64,000 nucleotides of DNA from the NCBI GenBank assembly GCA_963782055.1, contig CAWAIF010000003.1, positions 5,664,001-5,728,000 on the forward strand, in the 5' to 3' direction. The DNA is from an uncultured delta proteobacterium (GTDB lineage Bacteria; Myxococcota_A; Polyangia; Polyangiales; Polyangiaceae). Shown here piece by piece: positions 37,695 to 47,272 of the stretch; position 1 is the stretch's first letter, and every line of letters starts with the position of its first letter. The translations under genes were made by a program, and so were the position numbers. The notes beneath the pieces are model-generated. The model saw only the letters and a program-made list of their open reading frames with translations. It ran no database searches and was not told the origin of the DNA.

Positions 37695-37709
37695 GCAAGG
37701 GGCGCGCCA
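37695..37709 (-). promoter_or_regulatory. Sigma54 -24/-12 promoter
   Basis: Minus strand TGGCGCGCCCCTTGC, a near-consensus TGGC-N7-TTGC. Confidence 0.65.
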
Positions 37710-37902
37710 TCACCAGCCGGCGCACCCGCGGCGCGGGCAGCACCGATCGGCTGCGAAGATTGCGCGGACTCGCACGCCCTGCGCCCGCGGGCCTCCACGG
37801 CGGCCCGGGCACCATGGGCACGTGATCCTCGAACGCCGACCTCCGCGAGCAAAGCGAGCGCCGCGTGGGGTGGGGCCCCGAGAGATCGCGTTTCTCGGGG
37901 CC

Positions 37903-37972
37903 GGGCGGCGCGTGCCGCCCCGTGAGACAAGACCTGAATCGCACGAGCGCGACTCCGGATCGCGCTCGTTCA
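37903..37972 (-). repeat. Structured repeat family 2, divergent copy c (possible terminator of the SAM synthetase gene)
   Basis: Minus strand: TGA-hairpin-TCA, then GGTCTTGTCTCACGGGGCGGCACGCGCCGCCC, versus AGACATGTCGCAGGGGCGGCACGCGCCGCCC in copy a. Confidence 0.6.
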
Positions 37973-37973
37973 T

Positions 37974-39164
37974 TTAGAAGAGGCGGACCGACCCCTGGAG
38001 GATCTCGCGCCAGAGGGCGGGGATGTGCGTGACGGCGTCGCGCGCGATCTCCTCGACGCGCGGCGCCACCTCCGAGAGGGTGATCCCCTCGCCCGTGGCG
38101 ACGGCGACGTCGACCACCAGCGGCTCGTCGACCGGCCGTCCGATCTGGCTGACCAGGCGACACTCGGCGTACGAGACGAGCGGCACCGCGTCCACGATGG
38201 CCGCGGCGATCCGGTGCGCGGCCACGTTGTAGAGCTTGCCCACGTGCGAGACCGGGTTCTTGCCCGCGGCGGCCTCCAGCGTCATGGGGCGGTAGGGCGT
38301 GATGAGGCCGTTGACCCGGTTGCCGCGCCCCACCTGCCCGTCGTCGCCGCCCTCCGCCGAGGTGCCCGTCACCGTGAGGTACGCCCGTCCGGACGCCAGA
38401 TCGTCGGCCGCGTTGACCACCACCGGCACCTCGCGACCGGTGACCTGCTGCGCGATGCCCGCCACGCGCCGGGCGAGCTCGGTGCGGCGCTCGGCGTAGG
38501 CGGCGAGGCTCGGCACGAAGCGGTCGACGAAGGCGCACGCCACCGTGAGCTGGATGTCCTCGCCTCGACGCAGGCCGAGCACCTTCACGTCCTCGCCGAT
38601 CTCCGGCGAGGCGCCTGTCATGGTGGGGAGCGCCTCGCCCACCGCCAGCACCGCGCGCTCCAGCACCGAGAGCGGCGCGTAGCCCGCGCCCATCGAGGTG
38701 TCGTTGGCAAGCCAGACGCCGGTGCCGGCGTGCGCCAGGAACACCTCCACCAGCTCGCTCGACCCGGGCCGGATGAGCGGACGGATCTTCACGTGGCGCG
38801 CGGGGTCGAGCGCGTGCATCCGCCCGGCGAGCCAGCGTCGACTCCCCTCCACCGCCAGCTCGTCCACCGGGATGGTGGCGCCTCGTGCCTCTCGCGTGGC
38901 GCGGCCGGCGAGGTAGATCTCCATCGGCGCGAGGACGTCGCCCCCGCCGAAGCGCGGGCGCGAGACGCCTCCCCAGAGGAGCGCCTTGTCCACGTTGTGG
39001 TGGAGCACCGCGCCGAAGTGCTCGAGGTAGTAGCGGCTCAGGATGACGCTCAGCCGCTCGGCGAGCGCGTCGCAGAGGGTGTCGGGGTGACCGACCCCCT
39101 TGTGCTCCACGATCTCCACCGGGGGCTCGCCAGAGGGGGCGGTGGATACGGTGACGCGGGTCAT
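37974..39164 (-). CDS. mat: Archaeal-type methionine adenosyltransferase (SAM synthetase)
   Basis: EIVEHKGVGHPDT.CD, LHHNVDK, ANDTS, GEDVKV, GTSAE.GDDGQVGRGNRVNGLITP.RPM.LEAAAGKNPVSHVGKLYN. Confidence 0.93.
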   Translation of the reverse strand: MTRVTVSTAPSGEPPVEIVEHKGVGHPDTLCDALAERLSVILSRYYLEHFGAVLHHNVDKALLWGGVSRPRFGGGDVLAPMEIYLAGRATREARGATIPVDELAVEGSRRWLAGRMHALDPARHVKIRPLIRPGSSELVEVFLAHAGTGVWLANDTSMGAGYAPLSVLERAVLAVGEALPTMTGASPEIGEDVKVLGLRRGEDIQLTVACAFVDRFVPSLAAYAERRTELARRVAGIAQQVTGREVPVVVNAADDLASGRAYLTVTGTSAEGGDDGQVGRGNRVNGLITPYRPMTLEAAAGKNPVSHVGKLYNVAAHRIAAAIVDAVPLVSYAECRLVSQIGRPVDEPLVVDVAVATGEGITLSEVAPRVEEIARDAVTHIPALWREILQGSVRLF

Positions 39165-39176
39165 GCCCGGGGACGA

Positions 39177-39210
39177 AGCAACACTCGCGCCGCGTGGCAC
39201 GTTGCTCGCA
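39177..39210. promoter_or_regulatory. Back-to-back divergent sigma54 promoters
   Basis: Minus strand CGGCGCGAGTGTTGCT (39177-39192); plus strand TGGCACGTTGCTCGCA (39195-39210); both GG-N10-GC. Confidence 0.6.
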
Positions 39211-39253
39211 AGACCCCGGAGGAGCAGCAGGGCTGCCAGCGCGGAGGAACCTC

Positions 39254-39916
39254 ATGAGCACCAGCCTCGGCGGCGTCTGGGAACGGGCGGCGGACGACTT
39301 CAAGGAGCGAGCGAGCTGGCTCTTCCGCACGCTCGCCGCGGAGGGCATCGACCCTCGCGTGCTGCAGATCATGTCGCGCGTCCCGCGCCACCGCTTCGTG
39401 CCGCCCGAGCTCGCCGGCGACGCGTACGAGAACATCCCGCTGCCCATCGGGCACGGGCAGACCATCTCGCAGCCGTACATCGTCGGGCTGATGACCGAGG
39501 CGCTCGCACTGCGCCCGGACGACATCGTCCTGGAGGTGGGCACCGGGTGCGGCTACCAGAGCGCGATCCTGAGCCTCGTGGCGAGGCTGGTCTACTCGGT
39601 GGAGATTGTCCCCGACCTCGCGCGGGAGTCGTCCCTGCGCCTGGAGGGACTGGGCTACCGGAACGTGGAGGTCCGCTGCTCCGACGGCTACCTCGGGTGG
39701 CCGGAGCACGCGCCGTACGATGCCATCTGCGTCACCGCCTCCGCGCCGGAGGTGCCGCCCCCGTTGCTGGCGCAGCTCGCCCCCGGCGGGCGGATGGTCA
39801 TCCCGGTCTACGACGACCTGCTCCTCGTCACCAAGGACGACCGCGGGCACGTGCGGCAGCGCTCCCTCTGCCCGGTCGCCTTCGTCCCGCTCACCCGCGC
39901 TCGCGACGCGGGCTAG
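39254..39916 (+). CDS. pcm: Protein-L-isoaspartate O-methyltransferase
   Basis: VPRHRFVP, LPIG.GQTISQPYIV, VLEVGTGCGYQSA, DGY.GWPEHAPYDAI.VTA, QLAPGGRMVIP, FVPL. Confidence 0.95.
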   Translation: MSTSLGGVWERAADDFKERASWLFRTLAAEGIDPRVLQIMSRVPRHRFVPPELAGDAYENIPLPIGHGQTISQPYIVGLMTEALALRPDDIVLEVGTGCGYQSAILSLVARLVYSVEIVPDLARESSLRLEGLGYRNVEVRCSDGYLGWPEHAPYDAICVTASAPEVPPPLLAQLAPGGRMVIPVYDDLLLVTKDDRGHVRQRSLCPVAFVPLTRARDAG

Positions 39917-40014
39917 CCGTCCGTCGTCCGCCTCGTGCACCGGGTGCGCCGCGGCGCAAAGCTGGCGGGGCGAGCCTTGTGCCCGGCGGGGGCCCCGGCG
40001 ATGATGGTCGTCCC

Positions 40015-41055
40015 ATGTCCGCCCCCGTGCCGCGTCCCGTCGCCGCCCCCGTGCCGCCCGAGCAGGGCAACATGTCGACCAGCGCGAAGATGTCGCTCGC
40101 GCAGATCGCCATGCAGCTCCGCGACGAGCAACTCCAGGCGCGCGTCGTCCACTACAAGCAGGAGCTACAGACCAACGCCGAGCTGGATGCGGTCACCGCG
40201 CAGGTGATCGCCGAGCTGCAGATGCTCCAGCGCGCCGCCAAGCCGGCCGCGGCGCCTGCCTCGGAGGTGGAGGATCGCGCGCAGCTGGAGATCGAGCTCA
40301 TCGGCAACCTGAAGCGCCTCTTGTGCAAGCTCTTCCCCGCCGACCGCGTCGCGAGCATCGCGCAGCGCAAGCTGGGGGAGGTCTCCAAGCGCTTCGCCCG
40401 CCTCTTCTTCGAGAGCGAGCTGCACGACAAGATCCGCGGCTCCGCCTCCGAGACGAAGACCATGCGCTTCGCCGAGCAGGCGCTCTATCACGTCTTCTCG
40501 CGCAACGAGGAGTACCTGCTCCGCCAGCTCGACCAGTTCGAGTACGCCGCGACGGAGGTGAAGGACCGCGCGCGCGAGCAGCTTCAGGACCAGGTCAAGG
40601 AGCTGCGCAACGAGTTCTTGGGCCGCACGACGCCGGAGCTCAACGCGCTGGTGCGCATCCTCAACGAGGTGCTCACCCTCTTCTTCACCCAGGAGCTGCC
40701 GCCCGCCGCGGGGGAGCTCGCGTGGGAGGTCGTCAAGGAGGCGCGCCTGGCGGACGGGCAGACGCGTGCAGGATACAAGGTCCCGGCCGCGGCCTTCCCG
40801 CGCTTCCGCCAGACCTTCGAGCGGCGCTTCCTGCAGCGCCTCGTCCCCTTCGCGGCCGACGAGATGCTCAAGCGGGTGCACGCCAGCGAGGGCAAGTTCC
40901 GCGTCGAGACGCTGCGCTTCGTGGCGGACCCGCACATCTTCAGCGACGTGTGCGAGCTCATCTGCGAGGCCACCTACGACTTCCTCTACAACGAGGGCTT
41001 CCTGGACCTGCCGGGCGACTGGCGCGCGCGCCTCGGCGCGAGCGGCGCGGTGTGA
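40015..41055 (+). CDS. Hypothetical all-alpha cytoplasmic protein
   Basis: Strong GC3 codon bias and balanced composition; no recognised motif. Confidence 0.7.
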   Translation: MSAPVPRPVAAPVPPEQGNMSTSAKMSLAQIAMQLRDEQLQARVVHYKQELQTNAELDAVTAQVIAELQMLQRAAKPAAAPASEVEDRAQLEIELIGNLKRLLCKLFPADRVASIAQRKLGEVSKRFARLFFESELHDKIRGSASETKTMRFAEQALYHVFSRNEEYLLRQLDQFEYAATEVKDRAREQLQDQVKELRNEFLGRTTPELNALVRILNEVLTLFFTQELPPAAGELAWEVVKEARLADGQTRAGYKVPAAAFPRFRQTFERRFLQRLVPFAADEMLKRVHASEGKFRVETLRFVADPHIFSDVCELICEATYDFLYNEGFLDLPGDWRARLGASGAV

Positions 41056-41059
41056 GCGC

Positions 41060-41464
41060 GTGAGGTTCGTCGTCGGCAGCGACGAGGACCGGCCGGTGGT
41101 CGCGCACCTCGCCGCGCGCCTGCGCGAGAAGGGCCACGAGGCGCGCGTGGTGCCCGTGCGGGCGTGGGGCCTGGTCGCGCGCGAGATCGCCGAGGCGGTG
41201 GCGCGCGGGGACGCCGACCAGGGCGTGGTGTGCTGCTGGACCGGCACCGGCGTGGCGATGGCGGCCAACAAGGTCCCCGGCGTGCGCGCCGCGCTGTGCG
41301 TGGACGCGCAGACCGCCGCCGGCGCGCGCAAGTGGAACGACGCCAACGTGCTGGCCCTCAGCCTGCGGCTGCTCAGCGAGCCGGTGGCCGACGAGATCCT
41401 GGACGCGTGGCTGGGCGGGGTCTACGCGGGCACCGAGGACGAGAGCCTGCAGTCGATGGGTTGA
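41060..41464 (+). CDS. rpiB: RpiB/LacA/LacB family sugar-phosphate isomerase
   Basis: VGSDE, GVVCCWTGTGVAMAANKVPGVRAALC, ARKWNDANVLALS. Confidence 0.88.
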   Translation: MRFVVGSDEDRPVVAHLAARLREKGHEARVVPVRAWGLVAREIAEAVARGDADQGVVCCWTGTGVAMAANKVPGVRAALCVDAQTAAGARKWNDANVLALSLRLLSEPVADEILDAWLGGVYAGTEDESLQSMG

Positions 41465-41701
41465 TCCAGGCTCGCGGTGGTGCGCGGCGACGCCTTTCCG
41501 ATCTACCCGCCCCCGCTGCGGGATGGTGCTGTCCCCGCTGGTCGGGCTGGCGCTCCCCAGGATCGCGCTCTAGGAGCCGGCGTGCCCCGTCGTGGAGATG
41601 TCCTCCAGCTCGCCCGAGGCCGTCCAGTCTGCCCTCCCGCGCGTCGGGGTCGGGCTCCGGTCGTGCCAGGTCTCGCCCCTTCGAGGATTCCCGCGCGGGA
41701 A

Positions 41702-42382
41702 TCAGCTCCCGCCGTCGCGATCGTCCGCGGAGGCGATGTCCTGCGGGGGCGGCTGGGGTGTCGCCGGCCGGAGCGGCGCGTACTTCGCCTCGGCGCGCAG
41801 CTGCACCGCGTCCACTGCGTTCTGCGCGGCGTCGCGCAGCTCCTCGTCCACCGCGGCCTCCGGGGCGATCATCTCCGGGGTGATGAGCAGATCGCTCTCC
41901 ACGATGGTCCGCGTCGCGTCCACCTCCCGCAGGGTGATGAAGAAGTCCGCCTTCTTGACGTTCCCCTTCACCAGCTTGCCTTCCAGCACCTGCACGCCGG
42001 GCGCCACCGTCCGGAGCGGCGCGAAGCGCAGCACGAACCAGAGCATGACCATCCCGTGCATCACGGGGACCTGGACGTACAGGTCGGTGGAGCCGTTGCG
42101 CTTGTCGACGACACGCGCCGTCTTGAACTTGCCGGCGGCGAGCTCCTTGTAGTGGGCGAAGTCCAGCGCCTGCTCGCGCGCGTAGGCCACCGGGGCCTGC
42201 ACCAGCACCTCCGAGTGCCCCCACCGGGCGGTCTGCCCGCGCGGCGTGAAGTTCCACTTCAGGGAGTGGCCGTGGGCGGCCTGGAGGCGCGCCAGCTCGG
42301 GGGAGGGGCCGCCGGCGCGGACCGTGCCGGCCACCAGGACCGAAGAAATGAGGGCAAGAGCGAATGTGGGTCGCACGATCAC
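41702..42382 (-). CDS. Secreted SRPBCC/START-like protein (tentative)
   Basis: Signal peptide; VLVQAPV....LDF.HY.E; GNVK...; C-terminal helix. Confidence 0.55.
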   Translation of the reverse strand: MIVRPTFALALISSVLVAGTVRAGGPSPELARLQAAHGHSLKWNFTPRGQTARWGHSEVLVQAPVAYAREQALDFAHYKELAAGKFKTARVVDKRNGSTDLYVQVPVMHGMVMLWFVLRFAPLRTVAPGVQVLEGKLVKGNVKKADFFITLREVDATRTIVESDLLITPEMIAPEAAVDEELRDAAQNAVDAVQLRAEAKYAPLRPATPQPPPQDIASADDRDGGS

Positions 42383-42448
42383 CTAGCTTGACAGGTTGGA
42401 CGCACGAACGCCCGCCGGGATTCGATCCGGGGGACCGGACCGGCCCCT

Positions 42449-43999
42449 TCAGGCGTTTTCGTCGCGCAGGACCCCCAGGACCTCGCGAACCTTGCGTGTC
42501 AGGCTGTCGGGGGTGAGGGGCTTCTGCAAGAACGCCCGACCGGACTCCAGCACCCCGTGCTGGGTGATCGCCTCGCCGGTGTAGCCGGACATGAAGAGCA
42601 CCCGCATCTGCGGGCGCGCCCCCTTCAGGCGGTCGGCGAGCTGCGGTCCGCTCATGCGCGGCATCACCACGTCGGTCAGCAGCAGGTGGATGGGCGCCCC
42701 GTGCTGCTCGCTGGTGAGCAGCGCCTCCCCCGCGCTGGGCGCCTCCAGCACCACGTACCCCGCGCGGCGCAGGATGCCGCGCGCCACCACGCGCACCTGC
42801 TCGTCGTCCTCCACGAGCAGGATGGTCTCCGACCCGCGGCCGCTGTCCGCGGACGGCGGCTGCGAGGGGATGAGCTCGCCGGCGCCGTCCACCCGCGGCA
42901 GGTACACCCTGAAGGTCGTCCCCTTGCCGGGCTCGCTGTAAAGCCAGATGTGCCCGCCGCTCTGCTTGACGATGCCGAAGACCGTCGCGAGCCCCAGGCC
43001 CGTGCCCTTCCCGCTGTCCTTCGTCGTGAAGAAGGGCTCGAAAACCCGGGTCTGGGTCGCGCGATCCATGCCCGCGCCGGTGTCGGTGACCGCGAGCATG
43101 ACGTACGGGCCGGGCTGCACGCCGAGGTGGTCGCGCGCGTAGCCCTCGTCGAGATCCACGTTCTTGGTCTGGATGGTCAGCTTGCCGCCGCGCGGCATCG
43201 CGTCGCGCGCGTTGACGACCAGGTTCATCAACACCTGCTCCACCTGCCCGGGATCCACCTTCACCTTGCCCAGGCCGGACGCGGGGAGCACCGTCACCTC
43301 CACATCCGCGCCGACGAGTCGTCCGAGCATCTTCTCCATGGCGCCGACTGCCTGATTCAGGTCGACGATCTTGGGGGTGAGGACCTGCTGGCGGCTGAAG
43401 GCCAGGAGCTGCCGCGTGAGCTGCGCCGCCCGCTCTCCGGCGACCTGGATCTCGGCCAGGTCGGCGCGGAGCGGGTCGTCCTCCTGCAGGTCGCCGAGGA
43501 TCATGCCGGCGTAGCTCAGGACGACGGAGAGCAGGTTGTTGAAGTCGTGGGCCACGCCGCCCGCCAGGCGCCCGACCGCCTCCATCTTCTGGGCGTGGCG
43601 GAGCTGCTCCTCCGTCCGCGCGAGCATCTCCGCCGCGCGCTTGCGGTCGGTCACGTCCAGCGAAAGGACGCACGCGCCCTCCGGCACCGGGACGAAGCGC
43701 AGCTCGAACCAGCCCTTCGACCCGTCGGGGAAGGTGAACTCGTTCTCCATCCGGTGGCGGACCCGCTCGGACATGCACCTACGAAGCGCCGCGAACATGG
43801 GCGTCTTCTCGATGCCCGGGTAGCACTCCATCATGGTGTGGCCGACGAGGTCCGCCCGCTTGCCCTGCGAGGTCGCCGCCTCGTTGACATAGAGGTAGCG
43901 CCAGTCGAAGCCGATCACCTGGCAGCCCTCGTGCAGATTCTCGAGGACGGCGCGCGCGAGCCGGTCGTAGGCCGCGTCGGGCGGGGGAAGGGACGCCAT
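42449..43999 (-). CDS. Hybrid PAS sensor histidine kinase/receiver (CckA-like architecture)
   Basis: [50 protein letters not shown], receiver LLLTDVVMP. Confidence 0.95.
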   Translation of the reverse strand: MASLPPPDAAYDRLARAVLENLHEGCQVIGFDWRYLYVNEAATSQGKRADLVGHTMMECYPGIEKTPMFAALRRCMSERVRHRMENEFTFPDGSKGWFELRFVPVPEGACVLSLDVTDRKRAAEMLARTEEQLRHAQKMEAVGRLAGGVAHDFNNLLSVVLSYAGMILGDLQEDDPLRADLAEIQVAGERAAQLTRQLLAFSRQQVLTPKIVDLNQAVGAMEKMLGRLVGADVEVTVLPASGLGKVKVDPGQVEQVLMNLVVNARDAMPRGGKLTIQTKNVDLDEGYARDHLGVQPGPYVMLAVTDTGAGMDRATQTRVFEPFFTTKDSGKGTGLGLATVFGIVKQSGGHIWLYSEPGKGTTFRVYLPRVDGAGELIPSQPPSADSGRGSETILLVEDDEQVRVVARGILRRAGYVVLEAPSAGEALLTSEQHGAPIHLLLTDVVMPRMSGPQLADRLKGARPQMRVLFMSGYTGEAITQHGVLESGRAFLQKPLTPDSLTRKVREVLGVLRDENA

Positions 44000-44059
44000 G
44001 GTGACAGAATGCCACCTTGGCGGACGCCAGCGCCAGCGCGACCGACCGGGAGCGCGCGA

Positions 44060-47000
44060 TCAGCGCACGTAGCGCGCGCGACCCTCCGAGGCCCACCAGT
44101 CGCGGAAGCGCTGCTGCGCGCGCTCGCGCTCGCGCTTGGGCAGATCATCGTAGTAACCGAAGGTCTCGCTGGTGAGCTGCTTGAGCTCCTCGCCCGCGAC
44201 CTTGCGGATGCCGGGTGTCTCGTCGACGAGCGCGTCGATGAGCCACTCGATGCGATGGCGATTGGAGTTTTGCCCCCACCAGGCGAGCCAGCCCTTCTGA
44301 TCCAGGGCGAAGTCCTGCCGGGTGATCGCGATGAGCGATCGCCGCGCGACGGTCGCCACCTCGGCGTCCTGATCGGCCAGCGTGCGCATCAGCAGGGGGA
44401 CCGCGAGCGCCTCGCGCATGTCGCCGAGCGCCTCGAGCAGCCCGAGCCGGGCGCTGCGCGAGGTCGATGGCTCGCGCAGCAGGCGCCCCATCTCGGCGAG
44501 CAGCGGCTCCTGCGCCACCGTGACGAGCGCGCGCGACGCGGCGCGCGCGACGAGGCGCACCTTGGGGTCGGGGTCGTAGAGGCGCGGCACCAGCGAGGGC
44601 ACCGCCTCGGGGTAGGCCAGCTCGGTGACGAGGAAGGTCGCCCAGAAGCGGCGCGAGACGTCGGCGGAGGAGAGCTCCTGCGTCACGTAGGGGAGCGCGA
44701 CGCGCCGCTCGCGCGCCACCAGCCGCAGCAGCGGCCCGCACTCGCTCACGCGCGGTAGCGGCTCCACCACGTCGTTGCGGGAGAGGGCGATGGGCCCTGG
44801 AAAACGCGACATGATCGCGTGCATCGCCTGGGCGCCCTGCCGGAGCAGCTCGCCCTCGGCCTGGCCGTCGTCCTTGCCGGACAGCACGCGGTCCACCAGA
44901 AAGAGCAGCTCCTGGTCGATGTCGACGATGATGGTGGGCAGCCCCGCCACGCTGTGGGCGCGAGGTGGGTGGCGGGGGCCCACGACGATGGACTCGCTCG
45001 GCGGCGCGGGCGGCACGCCGTCCACCGGGATGCCGTGCTCGTCGTACGCCGTCGCGTCGATCTCGCCGATCTCGGCGAGGAGCGCCTGCTCCTCGGCCTC
45101 GTCCATCGCCGAGGTCTCCACCGAGGGCGCGCCGTGGCCCTCCACCGAGCGCGGCACCGGGTTCGGCGGGATGATCGCGTTCCCGATGCCGGGCGGCGGG
45201 GGGCTGTCGGGCTCCTCGCGGGGGATGGGCGGACCGCTGGGGCGCCGGACGTCCAGGTTGGGCGGCGGAGGCTTGCTCGCGCGCATCTTCACGCGCTGCC
45301 CGGGGTTGGGCTCCGGCGGGGGACCGAGCTCGGTCACCTGACCCAGCATCTCCGCGAGGGGGGGCGGCGGCTGCGAGCTGCGACGCCGCGCGATGGCCGG
45401 GGGCAGCGGCGTCGGCTGCGAGGCGGTGGGCGAGGGGGGCGGCGAGGAGGGCGAGCCGATGACCGGCGGGACGTGCCCCAGCGCCTGCGGGGTCTCCGGG
45501 CGCGTGGGCGCGGGCCGGTTCCACGCGGAGGCGGCGCCGGAGGTGTCCGGCGCGGCGATCGGGGGGGCGGCTTCCGGCGCGGGCTCCGCCGCAGACGTCG
45601 GTGCGGCGGGCTCCGGGCGAAAGGCTCCGGGGCGCTCCGACGCCGCCGGACGCGACTCGCCCTCGGTCTGGCCGAGGAGGGCGCGACCCAGCGTCGCCGC
45701 GCGGGCTGCCTTGGTGGGCGGCGACGACACCGGGCGCTTCGGCTTGAGCACCAGCGGCGCCGCCTCCAGCTTGCCCGCCGTGCTGTCCGGCGAGCCCGCG
45801 GTGTAGCCGCCGAGCTTCTTGCGGACGATGAGGCGCTCGAACCCCTGGCCGACGAGCTGCGCAAAGGCGATCACGTCGGACGCCGTCGTGCGGTCCACGC
45901 CCCCTGCCCCGCCGTCGCCGTAGAAGATGGCGACGACGCGGTTCCTGACCATCACCGGCAGCAGCAGCACCTCCACGCCCGGGTGACGCTGCAGGTCTCC
46001 GAGCAGGATGCCGTCGACGCCCTCGGCCGACGGCCGCGCGAAGGTGGGCGCGCGGTGATCGCGCGCGGTGGCGAGCATGCTGGGCAGGTCGAGCGGCACG
46101 CCGATGCCGACGACGCGCTCGCGGGGCGCGCCCTCGCCATAGGCGTCGCGGCCCTCCGCGATGTCGCCGTGGGCGACGAAGAAGGCGGAGTAGTCGAAGT
46201 ACTGTCGGGCGAACTCGAAGTAGAGGTCCAGCAGGTCGTCGCGTCCCTGCGCCTGCTCCAGCTCCTCCTTCGCCTGGTCCAGGGTGACGGGACCGCGACG
46301 CCGGCGCACCGGCCGCACCACGTTGCTCGTGGCCTTGACGAAGGTGGCGTGCTGCTCGGCGTACGCGCCGGTCACGCGGGTGGGCGGCGGCACGGTGAGG
46401 GGGGTCGCGCCCGGCGACCCGCCCGATGGCTGCGGCGCCGGAAATCCCGCCGCGGTGATGCGGTGAGCCGCGGGCGACGCGCTGAGCGGCGGCGCGGCGG
46501 GTTGCGACAGCGCCGGAGGCTGCACCATCACCAGCGTATCCGGGGCCTGGGACGAGACCGGCGCCGGTGAGGGCGTGAGCTCGCTCTCCGGGGGAGACGA
46601 CGGCGCGCGCTGCGCCGCCGGCACGCCATACGCCGGGCTGAGGCGGAAGGGCGGCACCGACGCGGGGCGCGGCGGCGGCTGCACCTCCGGCATGTTCTGC
46701 AGCAACGGCGGGCGCGAGCTCGGCAGCGACGCCTCGCGTCCGGCGAGCCGCGCCAGCAGCCTCTCGACGCGGCGGTCGAGCGGGGCGCCGTAGACGCGGG
46801 CGATGGTCTCGCGGATGCGCACGTGCAGGGCGATGCGCTGCTCGACGCGGGCGCCCAGGGCGAAGCCGAGCTGTTCCTCCTCCTCCCGTCCGAGCGGCTC
46901 GGCGACGGCGACGACGAGGCGATGGCCGTCGAACTCCAGCGGCAGCAGGCTCCGCCGCGCCGCGAGCTCCCCCGGAACGAGGCTGCGCAGCGACTCCGGC

Positions 47001-47203
47001 GGGTCGGGGAGCGGGCCGGCCGGCGCGGGCGGCATCTCGAAGGACTCGGCCAGGGCGGTGGCGATGCGCCACTCCTCGATGGGCGCGACCTCCAGCAGGT
47101 TGGTGACCAGATCGCCCCCGTAAAGTACTTGCCGGGCGAGGGCCTCCTCGACCTGGCGGATCGTCGCGATCTCGCGCTGGACGATGAGGGAGCTCAGGGA
47201 CAT
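44060..47203 (-). CDS. FrgA-like protein: MshEN/T2SSE_N, GAF-like, Pro-rich and HEAT-repeat domains
   Basis: N-terminal LSSLIV...QVEEALARQ..GG.L.TNLLE and LVP.ELA.R...P...LVVAV.EP; GAF-like core; HEAT repeats LYDPDPKVR, LADQDAEV. Confidence 0.7.
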   Translation of the reverse strand: MSLSSLIVQREIATIRQVEEALARQVLYGGDLVTNLLEVAPIEEWRIATALAESFEMPPAPAGPLPDPPESLRSLVPGELAARRSLLPLEFDGHRLVVAVAEPLGREEEEQLGFALGARVEQRIALHVRIRETIARVYGAPLDRRVERLLARLAGREASLPSSRPPLLQNMPEVQPPPRPASVPPFRLSPAYGVPAAQRAPSSPPESELTPSPAPVSSQAPDTLVMVQPPALSQPAAPPLSASPAAHRITAAGFPAPQPSGGSPGATPLTVPPPTRVTGAYAEQHATFVKATSNVVRPVRRRRGPVTLDQAKEELEQAQGRDDLLDLYFEFARQYFDYSAFFVAHGDIAEGRDAYGEGAPRERVVGIGVPLDLPSMLATARDHRAPTFARPSAEGVDGILLGDLQRHPGVEVLLLPVMVRNRVVAIFYGDGGAGGVDRTTASDVIAFAQLVGQGFERLIVRKKLGGYTAGSPDSTAGKLEAAPLVLKPKRPVSSPPTKAARAATLGRALLGQTEGESRPAASERPGAFRPEPAAPTSAAEPAPEAAPPIAAPDTSGAASAWNRPAPTRPETPQALGHVPPVIGSPSSPPPSPTASQPTPLPPAIARRRSSQPPPPLAEMLGQVTELGPPPEPNPGQRVKMRASKPPPPNLDVRRPSGPPIPREEPDSPPPPGIGNAIIPPNPVPRSVEGHGAPSVETSAMDEAEEQALLAEIGEIDATAYDEHGIPVDGVPPAPPSESIVVGPRHPPRAHSVAGLPTIIVDIDQELLFLVDRVLSGKDDGQAEGELLRQGAQAMHAIMSRFPGPIALSRNDVVEPLPRVSECGPLLRLVARERRVALPYVTQELSSADVSRRFWATFLVTELAYPEAVPSLVPRLYDPDPKVRLVARAASRALVTVAQEPLLAEMGRLLREPSTSRSARLGLLEALGDMREALAVPLLMRTLADQDAEVATVARRSLIAITRQDFALDQKGWLAWWGQNSNRHRIEWLIDALVDETPGIRKVAGEELKQLTSETFGYYDDLPKRERERAQQRFRDWWASEGRARYVR

Positions 47204-47272
47204 GGGGCTTGAGACCGTGCTGGAGAAGTGTAGCGGAGATACCCTATCCCACGGCGAGCAAGAACGCTTGTT

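Noticed and set aside
39165..39253. Possible SAM riboswitch upstream of the SAM synthetase
   Set aside because: The gap is short and occupied by two sigma54-like boxes; no S-box or SAM-II core seen
41465..41702. ~240-bp gap after rpiB as a pseudogene or sRNA
   Set aside because: No recognisable protein motif or match to the other repeats; only a palindrome GATTCCCGCGCGGGAATC at the convergent gene end, compatible with a terminator
44145..47072. Long alternative-frame and antisense ORFs (e.g. 44145-47072, 56887-59850, 5971-8073, 52292-54691)
   Set aside because: Stop-poor frames are expected at this GC content; R/G/A/P-rich, without motifs, and overlapping well-supported genes
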